A stretch of 57,122 nucleotides of DNA, filler included, from Sphacelaria rigidula (GCA_964200075.2; 7 parts of 7 records of this genome joined end to end with filler, not necessarily neighbours in it); one strand, 5' to 3'. Shown: positions 35,801-49,048, numbered from the whole stretch's first letter. The notes: a model not told the origin generated them from the letters alone. Numbers and translations: made by a program.

Positions 35801-38527
35801 ATGACTCGAGGGGCAAGGCGGAAGTAGCACAGTAGACTCGCCCATCGCAGTATCCCTCAGTCGTCATGTCAGCGCGGTTCCCATTTTCTTTCCCTGTTCT
35901 CGGCGTGTGTCAGTAAGAGCCCATGGGAGTCGGGGACTACCCGATGAATTTCAACACACAGGTCGAGTGACGGAACACGTGTATTTGTTGCCCCTCTCAC
36001 GTCTCACCCCTCCCTCCCTCCCTCCCTCGGGACGAGTCGTTGGTCTCAAGGAATCGATCCGTCCCCCCCCCCCTGGCATGTAGACTGGACATTCAAATCA
36101 AGTCCTTATTCCTCCGCAAATGTGACTGGCTCGGTGGTAGCCACATAAACAACAATTCACTCTACCAACACGACGGTATGCGGACCCTAGACCCTCCAGG
36201 GATAGTACGGCATGACCACTCGATTGCTAGGCTCCACTTGGTTCACACTACATCTTCGATACAAACAATACCAGGTGAGAAAATGAACAAAGAAAGTCGC
36301 CACACTGCATCGTCAGCTTCAGTGAATGCCCTGTCGCTGCTTTCGTTTGAAAATATGGGTATAATCCTGCGCAGTTTTCGTGCCATGCCTGCTTTCATAT
36401 CTGTATCCACACGATGACCTTTGGGGTCACGACTAACCCCTTCACTCGCAACGCGCATATTAATACACAGAATACACCTCGCTATCACGGTACGTCGGGC
36501 GTGAGCATGCCAAAAACAACGACTTACCGCGGCAGGGCACGGAGATTTGTAATGGCCGCGGAAACTCCAATATCTTGATTCGATCACGAGAGTGCGGCAT
36601 GCTGTGACACACTGTCATGTCGCGATACTCATTTTCTGTGCCGCGGAACCACTTTCAACGATGCCAAAACATCGCTGTCACCATGTCCTGTGGTCTCAGC
36701 ATCCATTTTTGTGGGTATCCTCAGTATACCAAGGAACGTTTTCGTTAATCCCCGTGTATCACGCTCACCTTAGCGATGTCTGGGCAGGCCTGATACGGCG
36801 ATCTGAAGTGCACATACCTTTCTACATGAACTTCAGTCAAGGGTCAGGCGGGCAGCAGGCATGGGGGGAATCATGAGTCGGCTTGGGATGTAGTGGTGCG
36901 GATGCCAAAGTATTCAACGAAGCTGATTTTTTCCGGGCATGTGTCGACGCGAAGCAGCGCACTGTGAGGCGTTGCTGAAGACGCGTAGCGTGCCTTCCAG
37001 TCGACGCTGGTGTTACTTTTCACACGTACGTAGCAATGGAAGGACGCGGAGGTTGAGGTTGGTTCGGAAGTTCGGTCCTCCGGCTTTGGTAGTTGTCGAG
37101 AGTGATGCACTTCGGCGTGCGCGCTGTGACCGCCGTTGTCTATAGTCGATCCGTGTTGCCGGCGTGTCTATTTATTCTTCAACCCTCCTAGATGGCTTTT
37201 TTACGCTACGGGAGCTTGGGGCGGGCGTCGCCGCTGTACCCTGCCTACATATCCCAATATTTTACTCAAGGTCAGTCACACTATAGACCGGCCACTTCTG
37301 TTTCAGCGACGCCCTAGAGGCACAACTCCCTCATTCCCTCCTTTAAACAGTGGAGTGTTTCACTTGAAGATGGGGTATGCATTCGGTGCGGCCGCCTGGA
37401 GACATGCGAAGGTCATCACCAGTCATAGTGTAATCAGAACAATGTATTGCCGGTTGATATTGCAGAGTGTTGCTCACACCTAGCAGACCACCTACAGCTC
37501 CCACCACTAACATCGCAGGTGCAGTAGTATAGCTGATGACTACGATTTGGCATTGTTCTGGTCCTGCCTGGTGGTGTATTGGAGCATAATACGTACAGCA
37601 GCGTGGACAAATAACCGGTTGACGGACGAGCCTCGTTTTGGCACGCTCAAGTGGTCATCGTCTGCGACAAAAAAATCTTGTAATCTTTTCGTACACGGTG
37701 ATCTTCAATGCTTTTTTCGCGTGCCACCGCTCATCCCAGCGGGCGGTTGATCCCAATGTCTGGGACTTGGTATATACTATGCATCCGTTTCACATTCCGA
37801 AACAAAATCGTACCTGCGCTCAATACCCAATGACTTCCGAGCTGAATTGACAGGGGGTGTTATTGATCGTTTGCGGTTCAAAGCTTGTTATTTTCGGCTC
37901 TATCGCAATGAATAGAAGAATGAAATGATGCAGGTCCGTAAAATAATTAATAAGAGTGATTGGAATTGGTTCATCCCCGCCTGTCTCATGCGGAGCTCGG
38001 TTAGGCAATTTCGTTTTTGGGTACTTTTCTGAATTTTCTCGTGTAATATTCGTCCTTGGCGCTTCTCAAGTCCTCCCGCCCTTAGATATTGAGAAAAGAG
38101 GCAGGTCGTGCTCAGAACGCAACCCTCAATTGGTGTTGTCGGGGTGATATAGTAAGTACCTTGCCCATCAGAGGGGTGGTATCGGCCGTCACTGATCCAA
38201 AAAACACAGTTTTTCGCCGTAAGCGCAAAAAATAGGTGAAAAAATCTCGTTATTTTCATGTGTCCACGGAAACGATTGGAATTTCTTCAATCGAGCGAAG
38301 ATACTCAAGGGTCAGAACCTGTGGCTGGGTGGTCTCAGGACCCCCGGAAGCGGGTTAGCCTGTAGGTCGTTCAATAATGACCGCAGATGCGAGCGATCTC
38401 ATCTTGGAGTGTGCAGGGGATAGCTCTCCCGATCCCCAAACTTCGGGATCAAACAATCACTGGGATGAGCGTTGGCACGCGAAAACACCTTCGAGTGTCC
38501 CCGACCACGAAAAGCCATAAAAATGTC

Positions 38528-38760
38528 CAGGGGTCTGGGCGTTACACTTGCCACAACGTTACACGTTACGTTTTGGCCGAAACGTAACGTGTGAATGTAA
38601 CGTGAAAATTTTCAAAATGAAACTAAAACGGAACATGAATATTGTTTGACGTGCCAAACGAAACGAAATGTAACGTGGACGTGAAATTTTACAAAACGTG
38701 ATGAACGTGACGTGAACGAGAACGTGACGTGAACGAGAACGTGGAACGTGTAGACCCTTG
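38528..38760. mobile_element. 233-bp hAT-type MITE with internal (AACGTG)-rich repeats
   Basis: Ends CAGGGGTCT / AGACCCTTG; 8-bp TSD AAAATGTC/AAAATATC (one mismatch). Confidence 0.78.
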
Positions 38761-40774
38761 AAAATATCCTACTCAAGATGTTAACTACTTGTTTTGGCTG
38801 ACTATTCGAATAAATGGGATGACAACACATACAACACACATTCGGCGGGAAATGTACAACCATGTACTGTAGATTTGAGCAAGGTGCGGTACAGACAGTG
38901 CAGTGCTATATCGCCTTCGTCGGATGTAAAAGACAGCTTGCATAGAGTAGAACAGCGGTCTACCGACAACAGATACTCGTACCTGTTACCCATGCGGCGG
39001 CGCGAAGGAGATGATGAATGATGTTGACCCCATAACCGCTGGTCAAAAGCCAGCGCTCGCCTGTGTTTTTCTCGGGTGATGTGTTGGGGGATAAGTCGTT
39101 GAAGGTGAGCAACTGAGAGTCACCTTTGCAGAATCCAGAACAAGACACAGGACGGTGTTCTCGAGTATTGCTCGTATGAACTCCAAGTTGCACTGGGGAC
39201 TGCCACCAAACACTGGCACACAAGTACGATGTTGCACAGCCATCAGCGGCAGGGAGCTCGGAAAATATGATGCTGGACGTTCGTTGCGAATCTCCTGCTT
39301 CATCACCCGGGTTGCAAAAACGCCGTACTCCAATAATGTATTGTAGTTAACTCTAAACAATGTAGTATCTCTGTTCAAGTATCGAAGGGACAGGAACTAT
39401 GGCTCAACACGTCTGCCCACACGACGATAGTTCAGATAACTCACCAAACAATGTTAGCAAAACCGCCTCAAAAACGCTTTCCCGCAGCCCACACTCCGTG
39501 CACCGTGAGTGAATGTGGGTGCGCACACGCTGGTGTACTAACTTCCACATCATGGACAGCCGGGCGGCCGCTGCGCTGACCAACAAACATCGCGATTTGC
39601 TGGGACACCCACTGGATAATGGCAATCTGTACGAAGCTCATCGGTGTATCGCCTGTAGAAGTACTCAGTTGAAGTGGCACGGCCATACGCGCGCTGTAGG
39701 CGCTGCGCGGCGCTGAAACTTTGAGCACAGGCCACGTACACCCCTGTCAATAACCTCACGCCGTTGAATTTAGGGTTGCACGCTGCAGCAGAGCGCATCG
39801 GGGTTGTAAAGAGGTTGAATATGGTTCAGGTTTTTTGACTTTATTGTTTGCACGACTAAAAAAACAAGTCAGCGCCCACAACAAGTCAGCGCCCGCAACT
39901 GAAGCCCGTACGCACGGACCTCCTGTTGGCTGCACGCTGTGACAATGACCAAGACGGTCGAGAATGGCGAGACTGTTAGAACACGCGGCGTGCGACCACT
40001 AGAGCGCGGGTTTTCACTCCGTCCGGTCGCACCGGTCCAGCTGTGGAAAAGCTCGGAAAGAACTTGCTGAGGTTTCTTTATCGTATGGCAGTACTGTACT
40101 GTGTATGGGAGCAATACTCATCAGTGGTGGGGTATGAACAACACATATATACAACTGCAGTACGCAGCGTGACGCATCCACAGAAAACAGCTTAACCGTC
40201 CGCGGTATAGTAGTATAGTACCACCGTGCTAGACTTGGGTGCTTAGTGCGGTAGAGTACACAGAGAGTGTAGCTGGTTACGATGCAAAGTTGACGGCTCG
40301 AACGACAGTTATCAGTAGAGTACAGGGTACAAAAGTATTTTCGTACACCCCTGTCTGTACTACGGTACAGGAACAGGCGGTAAATTTGAAAGTACGCAGT
40401 ACAGTCATTTGTAGGCGGGTCTGGAGGCAGGGTCGCATTTCGCGGCAGTGTTGCGGTCGGTGTAGTGTTTGCATCTTATCAAATTATTCTCAACTGTGCT
40501 CATCTATATGCCCGCTTTTGCACCACGCTGAGCACCACGCGTACAGCTGTGGATAAGCGCTCGAACAACAGAATCTGGCTCAGGGTCCATCGATGTCTGT
40601 ACCTTTTCTTTTGGTGATACAAGACCGATAAAAGGTATTGGGTGAATTCTCATCCCCTCCCCCTCCCTTGAACGGTCTGATGACTATGGAATGCATGATC
40701 ATGAGTACACCCCCCTCCCCCCCCCCCTCCCTTCCGGCTTTGTAGGGGCGGATCCCCGATGGGGTTGGCGTCGG

Positions 40775-40874
40775 NNNNNNNNNNNNNNNNNNNNNNNNNN
40801 NNNNNNNNNNNNNNNNNNTTAATTAATTAANNNNNNNNNNNNNNNNNNNNNNNNNNNNNNNNNNNNNNNNNNNN
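40775..40874. other. Artificial contig linker
   Basis: Same 100-nt spacer. Confidence 0.98.
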
Positions 40875-43800
40875 CTGCTTTCAACGACGATCTGACTCGA
40901 AATTTAGAGCAACAAATGGCCCAAAATACCCCCCCTCCCTATTGTAGGATGACTCGAAAGCCCGCATATATATATCTATATATATATCTATATATATATA
41001 TATGAGTTTGTTCTGTTTTTCGCGAGTTCCGGAAGGGTTAAGGAAAAGAATGAGCTTCATAATTTCATGTCCATATCCGGGCTGTGTCCTGGTACGGAAA
41101 TAATAGACAAAAGCAAACAGAAACAAAGGAAAACTCGTTACTTTACCTTGGAGCTCAGTAAGTTCGGGAGTCACTCCCGACATCAAGCAACCTCGTGCCT
41201 GGACTGGGGATTCCATGGGTCAGCGCACTCCCGTGCGATGACATCGATTCCAGTGTAAAATTCGATCTTATCTCATTTCGGTTCGCACACACCCATTCGA
41301 TAACGGCGATCTGTGCGACGACGTGCACACTTACGGTAATTCCACTAGGTTACGAGCCCGTGTCTCCAACAATGGTTTGTTCGGAGCTCCGCAAATGGTT
41401 GGCTTGAAGATAATGCGGTCACCCCATTCACCACTCTGGAAATCTTTCTCCTCCTAACTTCACGCACACTGGGGGTGCGCTAAAGCGTTGCCAATATTGT
41501 GTCGTTTGCGGCGTGGCGTACAGTGCTACTTTGTTCGAGCACGCATCTGTGGTTCTATTGGCTACATTTCGTACAGTCTGCTGTGTTCGCGTGAAACAAG
41601 CACCGAGATGTGCAGAGCTCTGCAGCCTCCTCCTTTCCCGGTCGTGACTATGGATAGTCGAGCAACGCTCAGTTTCCCAGACCAAATACTGAACTTTGGG
41701 TTTCTACCGATTCAACTGCGCCAGAACCGAAAAAACAGGTATCTCGCACCCCTGTCAGTTTTCAGTAGTTTTCTTCATCGTTTTCAGTTATCGTCCATCA
41801 TTCATCATTAGCACTCAAAAGTGCGAGAGTCGGTAGAATTTGAGGAAGCATAAGCATCACGCTAAGGACACAATCTCCAAGTTGATATTGTCAGGGTGAT
41901 ACGGAGTAGAGACCTCTTCTACTGGGTGTGTAATGGACCGTCACTGGTATGATCACACACATAGTTTCTTAGCTCTTGCGCATTGAATGGGTAGACAAAG
42001 AACGCTATGTGTCTTTATTAACGAGAACGATCGGGATTGGTTGAATTGAGAAAAAATACCGAAACTGGGGCTGTGCAGTCACAAGAACCCTGAGGACCCG
42101 TCAGCCCGTAATTCCTTCATCATTGATTGCAGAAATAATTTTCTTTCCAGCATGTGACATGTATGATAGTATCTCCTGATCCCCAGAACCGTGGGATCAA
42201 AACTGTGATGAGCAGTGGCATATATAAAGGCGTTTCACACCCTTGACAGTACAATATGTTTTCAATATATATTCGTCGATCATATTGGAATTTTGCGCTA
42301 TATTGCCGGCGTAATATACACATTGATACCCTTGGACTGCGCACACGTATTGCGCACCCAATACCCGTCCCCTCCCCGACCGCCACCCGTCTGGGGTTGG
42401 TTGTGTCGGGGTAGGCTAACCCCGTCGACAACACAACCAGTAAATAAGGGAAGGTGAGTTGACCTACTGGCTTATCTGCGCGTCGTGTCCGTGGTAACAC
42501 AACATACAGCTAGGTCTAGGTAGTGGGTCATGTCGACGGTGCCAACATCCAGGCTCAATGATGCAGCTGCGGAGTTTTACCCAAGAATGGGGACCAAACT
42601 GAACCCCGCAGCTGTAGCGTTTTACCCGGCGTTGAGACACTGTCACGGAAAGCACGTTGGTGGAGATGAGGCACGTGTGAGTAAGTATCAGATTCGGCGG
42701 ATTGGAGACAGCGGCCGATGCGGGATGGGAAGGCTGCACCCTTCCTGCGAGACCAACAAGAAAGGTAAGTACCGTGATAGACGTGGCGAAGCAAAATTGG
42801 AACAGAAACGACAGCTCGCTCGTAAAATTAGAAGGCGCAACAGACCAAAAAGGAGAGCAGAACAAAGAGAAAGACGCGTGAACATAGAGAAGACAAAAGC
42901 TAGGACACGTGGTGGGGAGCTCAAAGTGGCCACCTATAACGTCCGTGCACTGTCCCTCACGGGAAAGAGCGGAGCGGGTCATGCTGAGGTGGTCCTGAAA
43001 AAATGTCAGGCAATCGGATGTGATGTCATCGGGCTACAGGAAACGAGGAGACCAGAGAGGTCCGAATTTCCTGCGGCGGGATACCGCGTCTTTCGTTGCG
43101 GGGCAGAGGGGGGCAAGGGAAGGGCGGGTCCACATGGGGTTGGGTTGGCAGTCGGGGAGTCGATCATCAGCAAGGCGACGTGGACTCAGGCACTCATCAG
43201 CGAACGCCCTCATGTCGATGACTTTCAACGTAGAGGGTAAATCAAATGCTACCACGTTTGTCGTTGCATATGCCCCGACCGACACTCCACAGTCAAGAGA
43301 AGAGAGAGATGTGTGTAATAGGCTGAGTCAGACGGCATTGTGAGCGGTATCCCCCACAAGCATCACCTGCGTATTTTAATGGACGCTATCGCGAGGACTG
43401 GACGACGAACAGGCGAGGAGGAACGTAAAATTGTAGGAGCTTACGGTCGAGATTTCGGATCCAACGAAGGCAACGGCAATTCTCTAGTACAATTTGCAGG
43501 CGACAACAAGCTTTCGCTGGTCAACACGTTCCTTTCCACCCCCAAGGGAAACACCTCGCGTACGTTCAACGGTGTTGCAAATCGCCCCGCGGATAGAAAA
43601 CGCATTGATTGCATCATCACACGGCAAGATCATCGCAGGCTCGTTCGCAATGTCGCCGTCCACCTTCAACCCCCCAACTCGCCGGACTCTGACCACAACA
43701 TCGTGTGCGCCTCAGTAGGGCTCCTGGGTCGCTTCGCACACAACAGACCTAGGCGAATCCCAACTGGGCGAACACCGATCGACCGACGGGCAATAGTATC

Positions 43801-44214
43801 TGACCCCGCCAGACGTGAGCAGCTCACCCAGCTCATCATCAACGAGCTCGAACAGAGTATACCTGGTGATACAGTCCGCTCACTGGCTACGAACTTTGCC
43901 GACGTACTCTTGAGTGCCGCTGAAAAGGTGATGCCCCGTCTGACCCGAAAGCCACGTATACCGGGGTGGTTCGAGGATGCTGAAATCAAAGCGGAATTCG
44001 AAATCGCTTGGATGGAAAGAGAAAGGGCGAGATCAACCGTGAGACTGGGGTCATCACGAGATAAACGCACATGGCGCACATTGCGAACAGCATGCAAAAA
44101 AATATTTTAAAAAAAGGGATCAAAGCTGGGGTTGACAAATATGTGGATGTGTATGCTAGAGAACTAGAGGAGCATACCCGAGCGGGGGACATAAGGGGAT
44201 GATACAGACATCTC

Positions 44215-44416
44215 TGTAATGCGTGAGAGGACCGCGTGCTTAGAGGACCGCATCGGAATTTGAACATTCCTAGGGTTGGGGTTAGGCTTAGTGTTGGGAT
44301 TAGGGTTAGGGGTGTGGTACCTCCAGGGACTGACCCGATTGCTTATGAAAAACGTCGATGCTGTGTTTTGAACTACGGCGCGGTCCTCGAAGCACGCGGT
44401 CCTCTCACGCATTACA
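44215..44416. mobile_element. 202-bp MITE with TGT...ACA termini (Ginger-like) inserted in the LINE
   Basis: 37-bp TIRs with one mismatch; 5-bp TSD ATCTC; removal restores YRHLNGGWRLSG; internal TTAGGG-like repeats. Confidence 0.92.
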
Positions 44417-45705
44417 ATCTCAACGGAGGGTGGAGACTGTCTGGACGACCAATCGAGAGTGAACAATACATTCGAGATGAGGACGGTAATTTACTGCGGG
44501 ACAGAGGGTTGATCAGTGGGAGATGGGAACGGTACTTTTCCACATTCCCAAACGCCATATAGGCAACTATCGACCGCAACATCATCGAGAAGATTGCTCA
44601 ACGACCAATAGCGTTGTCACTAGGAGACCCACCAAGCCCAAGTGAAACTGTGGAGACTCTGAGAGCTATGTCGAACGGCAAAGCAACCGGTCCGGATGGC
44701 ATTCCTGCTGAAATCCTGAAGCTTGGACTCAACGGGGAGGGGTCGGACATTTTGTCCCACTTCCACGACATCGTCTCTGCGGTTTGGACATCTGGCGAGG
44801 TGCCGCAAGAATGGAAATATATCACCATCAAAGTGCTACACAAACAACAAGATAGGACCCAGTGTAGTAACTACAGAGGCATTTCACTTATGGCAATACT
44901 GCTTAAGTTCTCCTCGAAATCGTAGCCAACAGGCTCGGTGACGTTTGTGAGGAAACAGATGTCTTGCGGAAGAGCAGTGTGGATTTAGGCCCCAAATATC
45001 GACCATAGACATGATGTTCGTAGTACGCCGACTCCAGGTGTTGGGACGGGCGAGCAACATCCCAATAAACATGTGCTTTATCGATCTGCAGAAAGCCTAT
45101 GATTCTGTATACCGCACGCTCCTGTGGGAACTGCTTGCTCGGTTCGGAGTCCCGTCGCGAATGATCAAGATCATCCGTATGTTTCACGACGGCATGCGAG
45201 CTCGAGTACAGCTAGATAGTGGCGAACTATCAGCGTGGTTCGACGTCTGCCAGGGACTCAGAAAAGGTTGCGTTTCGTCTCCGCTGTTATTCAACATCTT
45301 CGGAGCAGGCTTGGTGGAAGTGATCGTCCAACGGTTTGCGGCGGGCCGACTCATCGTCTCAGACTTGGTCTTTCTAGATGATGCGCCACAAGGTGTCGGT
45401 GGTGAACCCGTGGAAGAGACACCACTGGAAAAGGTGCGACGCGCGGTGTGGGCAATGCTTTATGTGGACGACGCCGGCATAGCCTCGAAGACCTCAGAAG
45501 GCCTTGCTCGAATGATGGCCGTGATAGTGATGACCTGCCAGGAATTTGGCCTGATGATCTCCGAGACCAAGACAGAGTCCATGCGCCTTTGGTCAGTACC
45601 CAGTTCCACGGAGGCCACCCTGGATATCAGAGCTGCCGGTCAACGGTATAAGCAGACGGGGAAGTTCATCTACCTTGATGGAGCTATCAGCGCGGATGCG
45701 AAGAT

Positions 45706-45954
45706 GACACTTTCTACGATAGCCCCCCCCCCAAAAAGTGCACGGTTTTGGGAGGCAATATCTTCACGTAAATCGAACCGGCAAAAGCAGAGCACAACGA
45801 GAAGCTGGGAATTCCCACGCTTCGGTTTGTTCTAGCCAACGTCGCCAACTCGAGGCGCTTCATGCAGCCTGAACCCGGACATCAGGCGCTGTATGACCAT
45901 TTTTTCCGTGACACTTTGAGCTGGTTTTGGGGGAGGGCTATCGTAGAAAGTGTC
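45706..45954. mobile_element. 249-bp MITE inserted in the LINE RT
   Basis: Perfect 20-bp TIR GACACTTTCTACGATAGCCC; 4-bp TSD AGAT/AAAT; removal restores ISADAKMSTEINRRI. Confidence 0.9.
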
Positions 45955-47100
45955 AAATGTCCACCGAAATCAACCGCCGTATCAGCGCGGCGTGGGCGCG
46001 TATCCGAAAATATAGCTCCCAACTCTACGACCGACCCAACGCCGAGCTATCCTTGAAAGTTCGACTGCTTAAAGCGGAGGTGGTGGAAGCTCTGTTGTAT
46101 GGGTGTGCCACATGGATGCTACGTTCTGAGGACTTCGACAGTCTGCACACTGCTCATCACAAGCTCTTGCTGTGAGTGGTTGGATTCCTCAGGAAGGATC
46201 GAAATGGCTACAAGATTCTTTCGTACAGAGCGGTGCTGGAGATGACCAACTGCGAACGTATCGAGACGACTATCCGAAACCGTCAACTCTGCTTCGCGGG
46301 AGCCCTTGTCCGGCAGAAGGACACACGCCTCCCCAAGCGTGTCATGAACGGTCGGCTTTCCACACGAGGACCCAAGGAGGTCGGCCGCCCCCCCAAGCAA
46401 TGAGAGGATACCCTAAAGGAGAACCTACGTGCGCTAGGAGCTGTCCCGCACAAAGGAGCCCGACGAAAGTGGTTCGTCTACGGTGTAGAGGTCAACGACG
46501 CATACGATTGGGTCACTGCGGTGAAGGACCTGGGCAAATGGCATATTGGAGTCAAAAAGAGAGCGGAAGAGTTTGAGGACACATGGTGACGCGCGGACAA
46601 GCGACAATCAGACCAACGTCACAAGCGAGAGGCTGCTACGTCGAGGGCTGCCAATCGGAAAATCCTGTCCTCTCATATCGGTTGTTGAATATGCCCTTCG
46701 TCGGTGGCTCCGCGGTGCCCACTGGTGTGTGTCTGCATCTACTCTGCTGCCATGAATCCCTTAGGCTTTTTTTTCTTTTCCTTTTTTTTTCTTTCTTTTC
46801 TTTTCCCATCGTTCCATTGTATTTTTTTACTTAATTCGTACTTTCCTCTTGTTTTCCTCTTTCTTGCTTTAGATCGGCCATTTCTTCCTGCGCTTTGCTT
46901 TGTGTTGAATTTTTATTACTTTTTTTTGTCACGACTTAGTCTGCTGTGTCGTTCTGTTCGATCCCTCTTTTTTTTTGCTGTTCCTATTGTTTTCTGGCCC
47001 TTTTTTTTTGCCTCAGAGCGTGCTTGAATTCCGTTTTTCTTGGGTACGTACGTCTATCATGAGACCACGGCTGGACCCCTGGGGGGTCAGTTAATGTGCG

Positions 47101-47133
<33 letters not shown>

Positions 47134-47955
47134 GATGAGTATCCATCTGGCATGTGCACTTGGGAGATCTACCTGGGATATCCCTCTAGGACATCCATCC
47201 GGAATATGGATATCAATCTGGGGTATCCATCTGGGATGTCCACCTGGGACGCCCACGTGGGATATCAATCTGCGGTATCGCGTCCATGTGGGCTGTCCAC
47301 CTGGGATGTCCTGGAATATCCACTTGGGACATCTATCTGGAATCCATCTGAGATATCTACCTGGAAGGTCTAGATGGGATGTCCACATGGTGTGTCGGAT
47401 CCATCTGAGATATCAGATCATCCAGAGATGCTCATCTCAACGTGGGGTACCCCAGATGGATACTTCCCAGTTGGATGTCCCAGTTGGATGTCCCACATGG
47501 ATGGTTCGGATGGGTGTCCCAGATGAATGGATCAGATGAATGTCGCATATGGATGCCTCAGGTGGATGCCTCCGATGGGTGGGTGGATCAGATAGATGTC
47601 CTAGATGGATGTTCCAGACAGACATCGCGGATGGATGTCCCAGGTGCATATCTCATACGGATATTCCTGTCCAGGTGGACATCCCGCGTGGATACACCAC
47701 GCGGACATGATAATCCCAGATGGATATCGCACATGGACATCGCAGATGGGTATTCCAAATGGGTATTCCAGATGGATTTCACACAAGAGCATGGATCTCC
47801 ACTGGATATTCCACATTGGTGGGATATTGCAGGTGGACGAAAATATTCCAGATGGATATCCATACCCCAGATGGATATACCAGCTTGATCTCATACCCCA
47901 CATGCATATTCCAGATGATGTTTCATCCATCTGGGATATCCACATCCCAAACGGG
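47134..47955. repeat. Degenerate ~14-15-bp repeat array (GGATATCCATCTG) that switches orientation near 47445
   Basis: First half is ATCCATCTGGG-type; second half is the reverse complement, CCCAGATGGAT-type. Confidence 0.88.
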
Positions 47956-48069
47956 GGTTGCACGATAATGCAACACCGCGCGTACTTGCCTACACCTTGT
48001 TGCTCATGCTGTGTCGCTGGTCACTTGGGCAGCCTCACATACGTGCGGCCAACCAAAATTATCCAACAG

Positions 48070-48320
48070 CTTATTGAGCTTCCGACCCGCGCAAGCACGT
48101 CAAGACAACGTAGAGTTAGCCAGAGCGAGGAGATGAAGTTCAAGACATGGATCTCGACATTCAGGATCCACGAGAGAACAAACCGCGAGCCACGAGAGAA
48201 CGACCTGCAAGCCACAGGCGCCATCATGACAGACTACGCTGAAGACAACGTCCCGGTGCTCGTTAGGGCTGTCACAAGATTCAGTGGAACGCCAAGCAAA
48301 GCTCGAGATTGGCATCAAAG
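48070..48320 (+). CDS. Possible exon of unknown protein (LIELPTRASTSRQRR...FKTWISTFRIHE...PSKARDWHQ)
   Basis: CAACAG acceptor, AG|GTTT donor, open frame, protein-like composition; no family recognised. Confidence 0.35.
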
Positions 48321-48948
48321 GTTTCAAGCCATATAACCTGCACGTATTTGTGTTACCAGTTCTGTAGAGAGTATTGGCTCACCCAGTACGTTGTATTCAT
48401 AACCTATATATTGCGTCCTCTGTGGCGTAGCGTGTCTGTATGGCCATGTGTAGTTGGGTTGCGTCATCGAGACTTACCGTGTGTAGAAAAGGCAGACTAG
48501 AAGCTGAGGTAGTGGGCGTTGTATGACCCACCATGAGAGTTCAGTTTTGATCAATACTGCGCGAGAGGTGTTTTTCCCACATATGGTGTATTTTGATCTT
48601 TTTTTCATCTTTGTTTTCCCGTCAACACTGGAAAACTGAGATAAAGGGACAATGCTTTACTCTTTTTCGACCGTTGTTCGTGCTGCGCACACGTCTGGTA
48701 GACTTCGAAGATTCGCGCCAAATATTGGGGCCCAACCCAGAAAGCATGTCCTTCTGGTAGTACTACTACCACTAGTAATACTAGTGATTGTAGTACAAGT
48801 AGTATTATCACCCCCCCCCCTTCCCCCCCCGGTATCTGGCATGCACCCATGAGGCAGTGTAAAAGCCGTGACTGTCTCTGGAAGTGGCGATACCAAAGAA
48901 TAAAGCAACTCATTGTTGGCTGTCATCCAAACGCAAGATGAATCAGTA

Positions 48949-49048
48949 NNNNNNNNNNNNNNNNNNNNNNNNNNNNNNNNNNNNNNNNNNNNTTAATTAA
49001 TTAANNNNNNNNNNNNNNNNNNNNNNNNNNNNNNNNNNNNNNNNNNNN
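48949..49048. other. Artificial contig linker
   Basis: Same 100-nt spacer. Confidence 0.98.

Larger units (their letters stand above)
42396..47133 (+). mobile_element. Near-full-length decayed RTE-type non-LTR retrotransposon (APE endonuclease + RT)
   Basis: APE motifs VATYNVR, DVIGLQETR, VAYAPT, RIDCI, SDHNIV; RT motifs [52 protein letters not shown]-like C-terminus RLPKRVM.G...GRP; single-ORF layout, pyrimidine-rich 3' UTR, (AATC)n tail; multiple stops and frameshifts; 5' boundary approximate. Confidence 0.93.

Noticed and set aside
39000..39800. Possible decayed coding region on the minus strand
   Set aside because: Fragments look protein-like, but I could not identify any motif or consistent frame
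47096..47968. Overlapping W/D/I/H/P-rich ORFs
   Set aside because: By-products of the short-repeat array; several frames on both strands are open
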